A stretch of 49,719 nt of DNA, from the sequence record DRR378314_1276. One strand, written 5' to 3'. The notes beneath the pieces are model-generated. The model worked only from the letters and a program-made list of their open reading frames with translations, ran no database searches and was not told the DNA's origin. The translations under genes were made by a program, and so were the position numbers. Positions 28,773 through 38,429 of this stretch are shown here, one piece after another (positions within the stretch are counted from its first letter, which is position 1; every line of letters begins with the position of its first letter).

Positions 28773-31700
28773 TTGTTTAGTCTCTGGCAGCTGGGTGTGT
28801 TCGCCCTGCTGTATGTGATGGTGCTGTTCGTGATCGCCTGGTGGGGGGACCGCGCCGAGCGGCGCGGCCTGCGCGTGGTCAATAACGCCTGGACCTACAG
28901 CCTGGGCCTGGGCGTGTACTGCACCTCCTGGACCTTTTACGGCGCCGTCGGCGAGGCCAGCGGCAACGGCTGGACCTACCTGCCCATTTATCTCGGCCCG
29001 ATCCTCACCATGCTGCTGGGCGGCGAGCTGATTTATAAGCTGGTGTCGGTGGGCAAGCAGCACCACATCACCTCGATCGCCGACTTCATGGCCGCCCGCT
29101 ACGGCAAGTCCCGGCAGCTGGCGGTGCTGGTGACCCTGGTGGCGGTGGTCGGCGTGCTGCCCTACATCGCCTTGCAGCTTAAGGCGGTGACCCTGTCCTT
29201 CGAGCATGTGGTGGGCCCCCAGGTGGCGCCGTCGCCGGACATCGCCCTGGTGGTGGCCACCCTGATGGCGATCTTCACGCTGCTGTTCGGCACCCGCCAT
29301 ATCGACGCCACCGAGCACCAGTCCGGCTTGATGCTGGCGGTGAGTTTTGAATCCTTCATCAAGCTGGTGGCGTTCGTGATCATCGGCCTGTTCTGCCTGT
29401 TCGCGATCTTCGACGGCCCGGTGGACATGTGGCAGCGGGTCCGTGACGTGCCGGCGATCCGCTCCGTGTTCGAGCCGGCCCTGTTTTCGCAGAGCTTCGT
29501 CACCGCGCTGCTGCTGTCGATGCTGGCGATCATCTGCCTGCCCCGCCAGTTCCATGCCGGCGTGGTGGAAAACAACGATCTGCAGCACCTGCGCACCGCC
29601 CGCTGGGTGCTGCCCACCTACCTGGGCCTGTTCGCGCTGTTCGTGCTGCCGATCGTGGCCGCCGGCATGATCACCCAGCCCGGCTCCACGCAGCCGGATA
29701 TGTACATGCTGTCGCTGCCCATGGCGGCCGACAATCAGGGGCTGCTGCTGTTGTCGTTCATCGGCGGCATCGCGGCGGCCACCGGCATGGTGATCGTGTC
29801 CACCATGGCGCTGGCGATCATGCTCACCAACGAGGTGCTGATGCCCGCCTGGGTGCAGTACCGGATCCAGGGCGACGAGGAACTCTCGGACCTGAGTAAC
29901 CAGGTGCGCCTGCTCAGACGGCTGAGCATTGTGGTAATGCTGGCGCTGGCGTTCCTGTTCCATATTCTGATCGACCGTTTTGAAGGGCTGGCGCGCATCG
30001 GCCTGCTGTCGTTCGCGGCGGTGGCGCAGCTGGCGCCGGCGCTGTTGGGCGGGCTTTACTGGCGGCGCGGCCACCAGAGCGGCGCCTTTGTCGGCCTGGC
30101 GGTGGGCTTTCTGGTGTGGGGCTACTGCCTGCTGTTGCCGTTGATGCTGCCGGTGGAGTTGGTGGATTACCTCAACCGGGCCGGTCTGCTGGGGCTGGGC
30201 ATACTGCGGCCCAATGCGCTGTTCGCCATCGAGGGGCTGGAGCCGCTCACCCACGGCGTGTTCTGGAGCCTGAGCCTTAATCTGCTGGCCTATGTGTGGC
30301 TGTCCCGCCGCGCCACCCAGGCGCCGCTGGACGACACTCAGGCCACCCGCTTCGTGGACACCCCCACCGACTGGTGGCGCGAGGGCATGGGCCACCCGCT
30401 GATCACCACCGGCGAGCTGCTGCAGGTGTGTGAGCGGGGTCTGGGCCACCCGCGCGCGCGGGCGCTGTTCTTTGATTATCTGCAGCGCCGCCAGATATCG
30501 GAGGACCCGGCGCTGCCGGCGCCGCTGCATCTGGTGCGCTACGTGGAGCGTTTGCTGGCCGGCGCCATGGGCGCGTCCACCGCCCGCATTGTGATGGGCT
30601 CGCTGCTCAGCAAGCAGAACGTGCGCCGCGACGACATGGTGCGGATCATGGATGAGGCCTCGCAGCTGATCCAGTTCAACCACCAGCTGCTGCGCACCAC
30701 CATCGAGACCATCAGCCAGGGCATCTGCGTGGTCGACCGGGACCTCAATATCGTCGCCTGGAACCAGGCCTACGTGAACCTGTTCGATTACCCGGAGGGC
30801 TTTATCCGCCTGGGCCGTCCCATCGAGGAAGTCTACCGGCATAACGCCGAGCGCGGCTTTTACGCCGGCGACGACCTGGAGCAGGACGTCAATAAACGGG
30901 TGCAGTTACTGCGCGAGGGCAGCGCCCACCGCTTCGAGCGGGAGCTGCCCAACGGGGTGATCGTGGAGGTGCGCGGCAACCCCATGGAGGGCGGCGGTTT
31001 CGTCAGCACCTACATGGACATCACCGAACGCAAGCGCGACGAAATCGCCCTGCGCCAGATCAACGAGAACCTGGAGCAGATGGTCTCCGAGCGCACCCGG
31101 CGGCTCTCGGAACTGAACAGCCAGCTGGAGCAGGCCAACGAGGGCAAGACCCGCTTCCTGGCCGCCGCCGGCCACGACCTGATGCAACCGTTGAACGCCG
31201 CGCAGCTGTTTGCCTCGTCCCTGTCCCAGCGCCTGGCACGCAAGGACGAGGCGTTCGGCTATGAGCGGGAAGTGTTGGGGCATATCGACAGCTCGCTGCG
31301 TGCCGCCGAGCAGATTATTTCCGCGCTGCTGGAGATCAGCCGTCTGGATACCGGCACCATGCAGGCGCACCCGCGCACCGTGGCGGTGCGCCCGCTGATG
31401 CAGCAACTGGGGCAGGAGTTCAGTGTGCTGGCGCGGGCGGAGGGGCTCACCCTGCGCACCGTGTTCAGTGATCTGCAGGTGCGCACCGACGAAGCGCTGT
31501 TGCGTCGGGTGCTCCAGAATCTGCTCTCCAACGCGGTGCGTTACACCGAGCGCGGCCGGGTGCTGTTCGGCTGCCGCCGTCGCGGCGACACGCTGTCCAT
31601 CGAGATCTGGGACACCGGCCCGGGGATTCCGGACGACCAGCAGGCGCGCGTGTTCCATGAGTTCCAGCGCCTGCCGCAACTGGGGCGCCGACAGATCAAG

Positions 31701-32237
31701 GGGCTCGGTCTGGGGCTGGCGATCGCCGACCGTATCTGCCGGCTGCTGGAGCACCGCATCAGTGTGCGCTCCTGGCCCGGGCGCGGCACCGTGTTCGCCG
31801 TTTCCGTGCCGCTGGTGGTGGGCGAGCCGGAGGTGGCGTCCCCGCCGGAACCGGCGGTGTCCGATCAGCGCGACGTGGCCGGGTTGCGGGTGTTCTGTGT
31901 GGATAACGATCCGGCGTTGCTGGCCAGCTTGGAGGCGCTGCTGCGCGCCCTGGGTTGTGACCCGATCGTCGCCCGCTCCCGCGCCGACGCCCTGGAGGAA
32001 GCCCGGGGCCGGCCGGCGCCGGACCTGTTGCTGGTGGATTATCAGCTCGACGACGGCGAGACCGGCTTTCAGGTGATCGACGCGCTGGACGGCTGCTGGG
32101 AGGATGTGGTGCCGGCGATGCTGATCACCGCCGACCGCCGCGCCGAGGTGCGCGTGCGGGCCCGTGAGCAGGGCGTGGGCTTTCTGCAGAAACCGGTCAG
32201 CGAGGCCGCGTTGCTGGAGGTGCTGCGCGCGCTCTAG
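28773..32237 (+). CDS. crbS: Hybrid sensor kinase with SLC5 transporter-like, STAC, PAS, HisKA, HATPase and REC domains (CrbS/MxtR family)
   Basis: YSLGLGVYCTSWTFYGAVG, ITSIADFMAARYGKS, LPRQFH, KTRFLAAAGHDLMQPL, NLLSNAVRYT, GLGLGLAI and a C-terminal receiver domain. Confidence 0.92.
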   Translation: MFSLWQLGVFALLYVMVLFVIAWWGDRAERRGLRVVNNAWTYSLGLGVYCTSWTFYGAVGEASGNGWTYLPIYLGPILTMLLGGELIYKLVSVGKQHHITSIADFMAARYGKSRQLAVLVTLVAVVGVLPYIALQLKAVTLSFEHVVGPQVAPSPDIALVVATLMAIFTLLFGTRHIDATEHQSGLMLAVSFESFIKLVAFVIIGLFCLFAIFDGPVDMWQRVRDVPAIRSVFEPALFSQSFVTALLLSMLAIICLPRQFHAGVVENNDLQHLRTARWVLPTYLGLFALFVLPIVAAGMITQPGSTQPDMYMLSLPMAADNQGLLLLSFIGGIAAATGMVIVSTMALAIMLTNEVLMPAWVQYRIQGDEELSDLSNQVRLLRRLSIVVMLALAFLFHILIDRFEGLARIGLLSFAAVAQLAPALLGGLYWRRGHQSGAFVGLAVGFLVWGYCLLLPLMLPVELVDYLNRAGLLGLGILRPNALFAIEGLEPLTHGVFWSLSLNLLAYVWLSRRATQAPLDDTQATRFVDTPTDWWREGMGHPLITTGELLQVCERGLGHPRARALFFDYLQRRQISEDPALPAPLHLVRYVERLLAGAMGASTARIVMGSLLSKQNVRRDDMVRIMDEASQLIQFNHQLLRTTIETISQGICVVDRDLNIVAWNQAYVNLFDYPEGFIRLGRPIEEVYRHNAERGFYAGDDLEQDVNKRVQLLREGSAHRFERELPNGVIVEVRGNPMEGGGFVSTYMDITERKRDEIALRQINENLEQMVSERTRRLSELNSQLEQANEGKTRFLAAAGHDLMQPLNAAQLFASSLSQRLARKDEAFGYEREVLGHIDSSLRAAEQIISALLEISRLDTGTMQAHPRTVAVRPLMQQLGQEFSVLARAEGLTLRTVFSDLQVRTDEALLRRVLQNLLSNAVRYTERGRVLFGCRRRGDTLSIEIWDTGPGIPDDQQARVFHEFQRLPQLGRRQIKGLGLGLAIADRICRLLEHRISVRSWPGRGTVFAVSVPLVVGEPEVASPPEPAVSDQRDVAGLRVFCVDNDPALLASLEALLRALGCDPIVARSRADALEEARGRPAPDLLLVDYQLDDGETGFQVIDALDGCWEDVVPAMLITADRRAEVRVRAREQGVGFLQKPVSEAALLEVLRAL

Positions 32238-32262
32238 GCGCGGCGCTTAAGGTGCGCAGGGT

Positions 32263-32910
32263 TCAGGCCAGGCCGGGCGGCTCGATGGCCAGATCCTTCA
32301 GGGCCAGCACCGCCTGGGTACGATTGCGCACCCCGAGCTTGCGGAAGATGGCGGTCATGTGGGCTTTGACGGTGGCTTCGGACACGTCCAGCTGATAGGC
32401 GATCACCTTGTTCTGCAGCCCTTCCATGAGCATGCCCATGACCCGGAACTGCTGCGGCGTCAGGCTGGTGATGCGCTCGCGCATGGCGGCGAAGTCCGGC
32501 AGATCCGGCGGCAGCGGGCGGCGTGCCTTCTCCGGCACCCAGCGTTCGCCTTCCATCACTTTCAGCACCGCCTGGGTCATCGCTTCCACCGAGGCCGACT
32601 TGGGAATAAAACCGTCGGCGCCGAACTGCAGCGCCCGCTGGATCACTTCCAGCTCCTCGTTGGCGGAGATCACCACCAGCGGCACCCGCCGGTAAAGCTC
32701 GCGCAGATAGATCAGCCCGGAAAAGCCATGGGTCCCCGGCATGTGCAGGTCCAGCAGAATCAGGTCAAAGGGGACCTGGTCGTCGCCCAGCTTTTCCAGC
32801 GACGCCAGGGAATCGGCCTCCTGGATACGGGCGTCGTTGAAGCTGACTTCCACGGCCTGACGCAGAGCGGCGCGGAACAGCGGATGGTCGTCGGCGATCA
32901 GTATTCTCAT
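32263..32910 (-). CDS. crbR: NarL/LuxR response regulator (CrbR/ErdR-like)
   Basis: ILIADDHPLFRAAL, LLDLHMPGTHGFSGL, SLTPQQFRV, NKVIAYQLDVSEATVKAH. Convergent with crbS. Confidence 0.88.
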   Translation of the reverse strand: MRILIADDHPLFRAALRQAVEVSFNDARIQEADSLASLEKLGDDQVPFDLILLDLHMPGTHGFSGLIYLRELYRRVPLVVISANEELEVIQRALQFGADGFIPKSASVEAMTQAVLKVMEGERWVPEKARRPLPPDLPDFAAMRERITSLTPQQFRVMGMLMEGLQNKVIAYQLDVSEATVKAHMTAIFRKLGVRNRTQAVLALKDLAIEPPGLA

Positions 32911-32943
32911 TATTAGGACCTGTTTTATCTCCGGACGATACAA

Positions 32944-32953
32944 TACTAGCGTC
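32944..32953. promoter_or_regulatory. Degenerate CrbR box upstream of crbR
   Basis: Minus strand ttaGACgctaGTAt, about 35-45 bp before the crbR start. Confidence 0.45.
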
Positions 32954-32991
32954 TAAGCGGCGCCGGCGCGCCCCGCGGTGCGAGGAATCAG

Positions 32992-33180
32992 AAATAAAAA
33001 GAGGGGCCGCCGCCTGGCAGCCGAGGTAAGGACGTGGAAAATCAGAATCAGCTTGATGTTCAAGCGGACGACCCGTGCGGTTTGGCGCGGGCGTCCAGGG
33101 TCCTGCGGAAACTCTCCCAAGCCGTTTGTTCGGGGTTCGATTTATTGTTATCCGGCTGTCGGCGGGTCTGGCCCGCACTT
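32992..33180 (-). ncRNA. Candidate small RNA (about 185 nt), unannotated
   Basis: No minus-strand ATG, four hairpins, an A-rich motif, a C/U-rich single-stranded stretch, a terminal hairpin followed by a U-tract, and a CrbR box upstream. The 5' end is estimated. Confidence 0.45.
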
Positions 33181-33224
33181 GATATGCCCGATACCTTGCC
33201 CGCTTCCAGAGCGCCGTGGAATTA

Positions 33225-33234
33225 GACTTTTGTC
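33225..33234. promoter_or_regulatory. Putative CrbR/ErdR box GAC-TTTT-GTC
   Basis: ttaGACTTTTGTCga, the same architecture as the actP box. Confidence 0.6.
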
Positions 33235-33253
33235 GAGTCCCGGGGCGCAGGCC

Positions 33254-33281
33254 AAAAAAAACGGAACCCTGGGGTTCCGTT
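33254..33281 (-). terminator. Intrinsic terminator of the ect operon
   Basis: acggaacc-ctgg-ggttccgt stem followed on the minus strand by a U-run. Confidence 0.85.
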
Positions 33282-33309
33282 CTCTTCGCTTGGCTGGCAG
33301 GCGCCGCTG

Positions 33310-33708
33310 TCAGTCAAGATCGGCCGGGTAGACGCCGTTCTCGTCGTGCACTTCCTTGCCGCTGAGCGGGGGGGTGAAGGCGCACGCCACCACCATGTCC
33401 TCGTTCTCGCCACCATAGAGGTAGTGCTCGTCGTGCTGGTCGAGTAGGTAAATGGTGCCTGGCGTCAGCTCGTGCACGTCGCCGCTTTCCACCATCTCGA
33501 TCTTGCCCTTGCCGGAAATCACGTAAACGGATTCCCAGTGGTTGGCGTATTTGATGTGGGTCTTGGTGCCTTTAAAGATGGTGGTAATATTGAAGGAATG
33601 GCCCATGCCGTCCTCTTTCAGGGACAGGCGAACGGATTGCCAGTTGCCGTTTTCCGCGACCACGCGACGGTCGGTTTTCTCGGCTTCCGCCAGAGTGCGA
33701 ACGATCAT
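33310..33708 (-). CDS. ectC: Ectoine synthase
   Basis: MIVRTL, WQSVRL, MGHSFNITTI, YANHWESVY, YLLDQHDEHYL and FTPPLSGKEVHDENGVY. Confidence 0.97.
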   Translation of the reverse strand: MIVRTLAEAEKTDRRVVAENGNWQSVRLSLKEDGMGHSFNITTIFKGTKTHIKYANHWESVYVISGKGKIEMVESGDVHELTPGTIYLLDQHDEHYLYGGENEDMVVACAFTPPLSGKEVHDENGVYPADLD

Positions 33709-33732
33709 CTACACCTCCAAAAACAAAAATGG

Positions 33733-33770
33733 AAAAAAACAGGGAAGCCCGGCCGCGCGGGGCGGCCGGG
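33733..33770 (-). terminator. Terminator-like hairpin between ectB and ectC
   Basis: 9-bp stem cccggccgc/gcggccggg, then cttccctg and U7 on the minus strand. Confidence 0.45.
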
Positions 33771-33784
33771 AAGTCCGGAAGGGT

Positions 33785-35122
<1,338 letters not shown>

Positions 35123-35668
35123 TTAGGCGTCGTCGCGGTTGAACGGCCCGATGCGCAGCAAATGTTCATCATTGTGCTCGCCGGCGAAATGGATGCGTGA
35201 ATCGAAGAGGATGAACTCTTCGGTGGGCATCCGGCGCTCGTAGGCGAAGCTGCGGAACATACCCCAGGACGCTTCGTTGTCCGGGGTGATGGTGGTCTCG
35301 ATGAACTGAACGTTTTCCGCTTCGTCGCGCTTGATCAGTTCCGCCAGCATGCGCTTGGCGAGACCCTTGCCGCGTGCCTTGCCGTGCACCGCCACCTGCC
35401 ACACGAACAGCGTGTTCTGCTGCTTGGGCGGGATGTACCCGGAGATGAAGCCCACCAGATCGCCATCCATTTCCGCGGCCACCGAAGTGTCCGCGAAGTG
35501 CGTGCACTGCAGCAGATTGCAGTACACGGAGTTTTCATCCAGCGGCTTACATTCCGCGATCAGCTTGTGCACCCGCGGGCCGTCCGGGCTCTCGGGCTTG
35601 CGAAAAATGATGTCGTCTTTTGTGTCAGCGGAGGATGAATCCGCCTTTTTCGGTTCGTCTGCAGGCAT
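35123..35668 (-). CDS. ectA: Diaminobutyrate acetyltransferase
   Basis: LDENSVYCNLLQCTHF, LFVWQVAV and ETTITPDNEASW. Confidence 0.97.
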   Translation of the reverse strand: MPADEPKKADSSSADTKDDIIFRKPESPDGPRVHKLIAECKPLDENSVYCNLLQCTHFADTSVAAEMDGDLVGFISGYIPPKQQNTLFVWQVAVHGKARGKGLAKRMLAELIKRDEAENVQFIETTITPDNEASWGMFRSFAYERRMPTEEFILFDSRIHFAGEHNDEHLLRIGPFNRDDA

Positions 35669-35672
35669 GATG

Positions 35673-36212
35673 TCACTTCTGGTCGGTTTCAAAAGATGGG
35701 TTGATCCGAGGCCGTCGGCGCTGGCCGTCGGCGGCGGGTTGGGTGCGGTCAATGGCACCCAGATCCAATACCGGCGAAGCGTCAATGTCACCGGCGTTCA
35801 TCATCGCCGCCACCCGCTGCAGGGAGCTGAGTATCAGCGACTGTTCCCAATTCTCGAGATGCGAAAAGCGGGACATGAATTCATCTTGAAGCGGAGTCGG
35901 CGCCCGCTCCATGATGTCGCGGCCAGCGTCGGTCAAATAAGCATAAACCCGGCGTTTGTCACGTTCACCCCTTTTACGCTCGATCAGGCCACGTTTTTCG
36001 AGCCGATCAAGGATGGTGGTGACGGTGGCCTGGCTGACGGACACCTCCGTTGCGATATCGCCCATGGTCATTTCGCCGTGGGAGGCGGTGGCCTGGAGGA
36101 TCAGTAACTGCGGCGCGGTGAGGCCGGCCACCTTGCTCAGCTTGCGCGAGTAAAGGTCCGTGGCGCGGATAATCTGGCGTAGGGCAATCAACACTTCGTC
36201 GTGTCTGGCCAT
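35673..36212 (-). CDS. ectR: MarR-family repressor EctR
   Basis: VLIALRQIIRATDLYS, GLTAPQL, VSQATVTTILDRLE, DKRRV and APTPLQ. First gene of the ect operon. Confidence 0.88.
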   Translation of the reverse strand: MARHDEVLIALRQIIRATDLYSRKLSKVAGLTAPQLLILQATASHGEMTMGDIATEVSVSQATVTTILDRLEKRGLIERKRGERDKRRVYAYLTDAGRDIMERAPTPLQDEFMSRFSHLENWEQSLILSSLQRVAAMMNAGDIDASPVLDLGAIDRTQPAADGQRRRPRINPSFETDQK

Positions 36213-36352
36213 GGTCGTTAATTCTCTGGATAACAAACCAATGTGACCGTGAGGAGACAAGGTCATTTTGACGTGAAAGCAGGTTGTGTCACGGTTTTCG
36301 TCACGTGAGTCCAGCGCATGACCGGGATATTCCTGGCAATAAGTGGTAGGCT

Positions 36353-36385
36353 ATTTTAGAGATATAATATTTAGATGTCAAAACA
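36353..36385 (-). promoter_or_regulatory. Near-consensus sigma70 promoter of ectRABC with overlapping EctR-like operator
   Basis: Minus strand TTGACA (36381-36376), 17 bp spacer, TAAAAT (36358-36353). TATTTAGA-TG-TCAAAACA at 36368-36385. Confidence 0.75.
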
Positions 36386-36484
36386 GTTGCCGGTGAGGCT
36401 GGGGACCCTGGCATTGCCGTAGTGCGCGTTATAAGCGGCTTTGGCAGCGTTGATGATAGGTAAACCTTGTGGTTGTATAGTTTG

Positions 36485-37078
36485 ATGAAGTTCGCGATTA
36501 AGGGAGTGCTTGCCGCCCTCGCCGTGCTTGACCGTGCTATCGGAGTTATCGAACGTCTGATTATCGGCGGCACCATGCTCGCCATGGCGCTACTGATGAG
36601 CGCTCACGTGGTCGGCCAGTTATTGTTCGATCGGGGGATCCCCGGCACCTACGAAGTCACCGAAATGTTGATCGTGGTGATGACCTTCGTGGGGGTCAGT
36701 TATGCCGCCCGTCACGCCCGTCATATCCGTATGTCCGCACTCTATGAACAGCTCCACGGCGGCGCCCGCAAGGCCCTTCTGATGTTGATCTGCGTCGGCA
36801 CCGCAACCCTGATGTTCTATTTCGCCTGGAAGTCCGGTCAGTACGTGATCGACGTTCACGACCGTGGCCGGGTCAGTTCCGCTCTGGGCTTGCCGATGTG
36901 GATCGTCTACCAGGCCCTGCCCGCTGGCTTTGCGCTCGCCGGAATCCAGTACCTGCTGACCCTGATCCGCAACGCCCTGTCTCCCGGTATCTGGCGGTCG
37001 TTCAACGAAGAAGAAACCTATTCCGATGTGCCGGTGCACGGCGGCGAAGCGGGAGGGCACCATGACGACCGTGTCTGA
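36485..37078 (+). CDS. TRAP transporter small permease (DctQ, TeaB-like)
   Basis: Four TM segments, EVTEMLIVVMTFVGVSYAARHARHIRMSALY and GRVSSALGLP. Confidence 0.9.
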   Translation: MKFAIKGVLAALAVLDRAIGVIERLIIGGTMLAMALLMSAHVVGQLLFDRGIPGTYEVTEMLIVVMTFVGVSYAARHARHIRMSALYEQLHGGARKALLMLICVGTATLMFYFAWKSGQYVIDVHDRGRVSSALGLPMWIVYQALPAGFALAGIQYLLTLIRNALSPGIWRSFNEEETYSDVPVHGGEAGGHHDDRV

Positions 37079-37111
37079 TTCGCAGCACCGGTTGGGCGAG
37101 AAGGCGACGCT

Positions 37112-38395
37112 ATGCTGATCGTGCTCGCGCTGATTATGTTGGTCCTGCTGCTGCTGGGTTATCCCATGATGGTGCCGCTGGCGGTGGGGACCTTGTTCAT
37201 GATGTTCACCGGGATGACTTTCTTCGGGCCCGACCAGGCGGTGACCTGGATGGTCACCGGCGTCGGCAGCTGGGTGCTGGCGGCGGTGCCCATGTTCATT
37301 TTCGCCGCCGACATTCTCACCAAGGGGCACACCGCCAATCGTCTGCTGGATTTGGTGGATGCCTTTAGTCGGCACTGGCGCGGCGGGTTGCCGATCACCA
37401 CGGCGGCGGCCTGTGCCATGTTCGGCGCCGTCTCCGGCTCGACCCAGGCCACCGTGGTGGCCATGGGTGGCCCCATGCGCCCGCGCCTGCTGGCCAAGGG
37501 CTACCCGGACAGTTTCGCGCTGGCGCTGATCATCAACGCCAGCGATATCGCCCTGCTGATCCCGCCGAGCATCGGTTTCATCGTGTATGGCGTGGTGATG
37601 AAGACCTCCATCGGCGACTTGTTCCTTGCCGGCATTCTGCCCGGCATTCTGATCCTGATGATGTTCGCCACCTATTGCTGGTTGGGTGCCCGTGCCAAAG
37701 GTATTGAGCCGGAGTCGCGCGCCAGTTGGCCTGATCGACTGCGGGCCCTGCGCCGGGCGATTTTGCCGCTGGGCTTTCCGGTGCTGGTGGTGGGCGGCAT
37801 TTATGGCGGGCTGTTCAGCGCGGTGGAGGCGTCCGCGGTGGCGGTGGCCTACGCGCTGTTGCTGGAGGTGGTGATCTACCGCAAGGTGAGTATTCGGGAT
37901 CTCGGCGGGTTGGCGCTGTCCTCGGGCATGATCACCGCGGTGGTGTTCATCCTGGTGGCCATTGGTGCTGCCTTCTCCCACACCCTGGGCACCGCCGGCG
38001 TGCCGGAGAAGCTGCTGGGCCCGGCCATCGATGCCATTGGCGACAGTCAAACGGCGGCGCTGGCGCTGATCGCGGTGGCCTTCTTCGTTGGCTGTATGTT
38101 CGTGGACCCGATCGTGGTAATCCTGATCCTGGTGCCGATTTTCAAACCACTGGTGGAATCCGCTGGCCTGGATCCGGTGCATGTGGGCGTGATTGTCACC
38201 CTGCAGGCCGCCATCGGTTCAGCGACGCCGCCGTTCGGCTGCGACATTTTCACCGCTATCGCCGTGTTCCGGCGGCCCTATTTGGAAGTGATCCGAGGGA
38301 CGCCGCCGTTTATTCTGATGTTACTGCTGGCCACGGTGGTGCTGATCCTGTTCCCGCAGATTTCGTTATGGCTGCCGTCGTTGGGCAATCTCTGA
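37112..38395 (+). CDS. TRAP transporter large permease (DctM, TeaC-like)
   Basis: LAAVPMFIFAADIL, FGAVSGSTQAT, ASDIALLIPPSIG and IGSATPPFGCDIF. Confidence 0.95.
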   Translation: MLIVLALIMLVLLLLGYPMMVPLAVGTLFMMFTGMTFFGPDQAVTWMVTGVGSWVLAAVPMFIFAADILTKGHTANRLLDLVDAFSRHWRGGLPITTAAACAMFGAVSGSTQATVVAMGGPMRPRLLAKGYPDSFALALIINASDIALLIPPSIGFIVYGVVMKTSIGDLFLAGILPGILILMMFATYCWLGARAKGIEPESRASWPDRLRALRRAILPLGFPVLVVGGIYGGLFSAVEASAVAVAYALLLEVVIYRKVSIRDLGGLALSSGMITAVVFILVAIGAAFSHTLGTAGVPEKLLGPAIDAIGDSQTAALALIAVAFFVGCMFVDPIVVILILVPIFKPLVESAGLDPVHVGVIVTLQAAIGSATPPFGCDIFTAIAVFRRPYLEVIRGTPPFILMLLLATVVLILFPQISLWLPSLGNL

Positions 38396-38429
38396 TCCCC
38401 TCCAGGACTAGAAACGATGGGAAGGGCGG

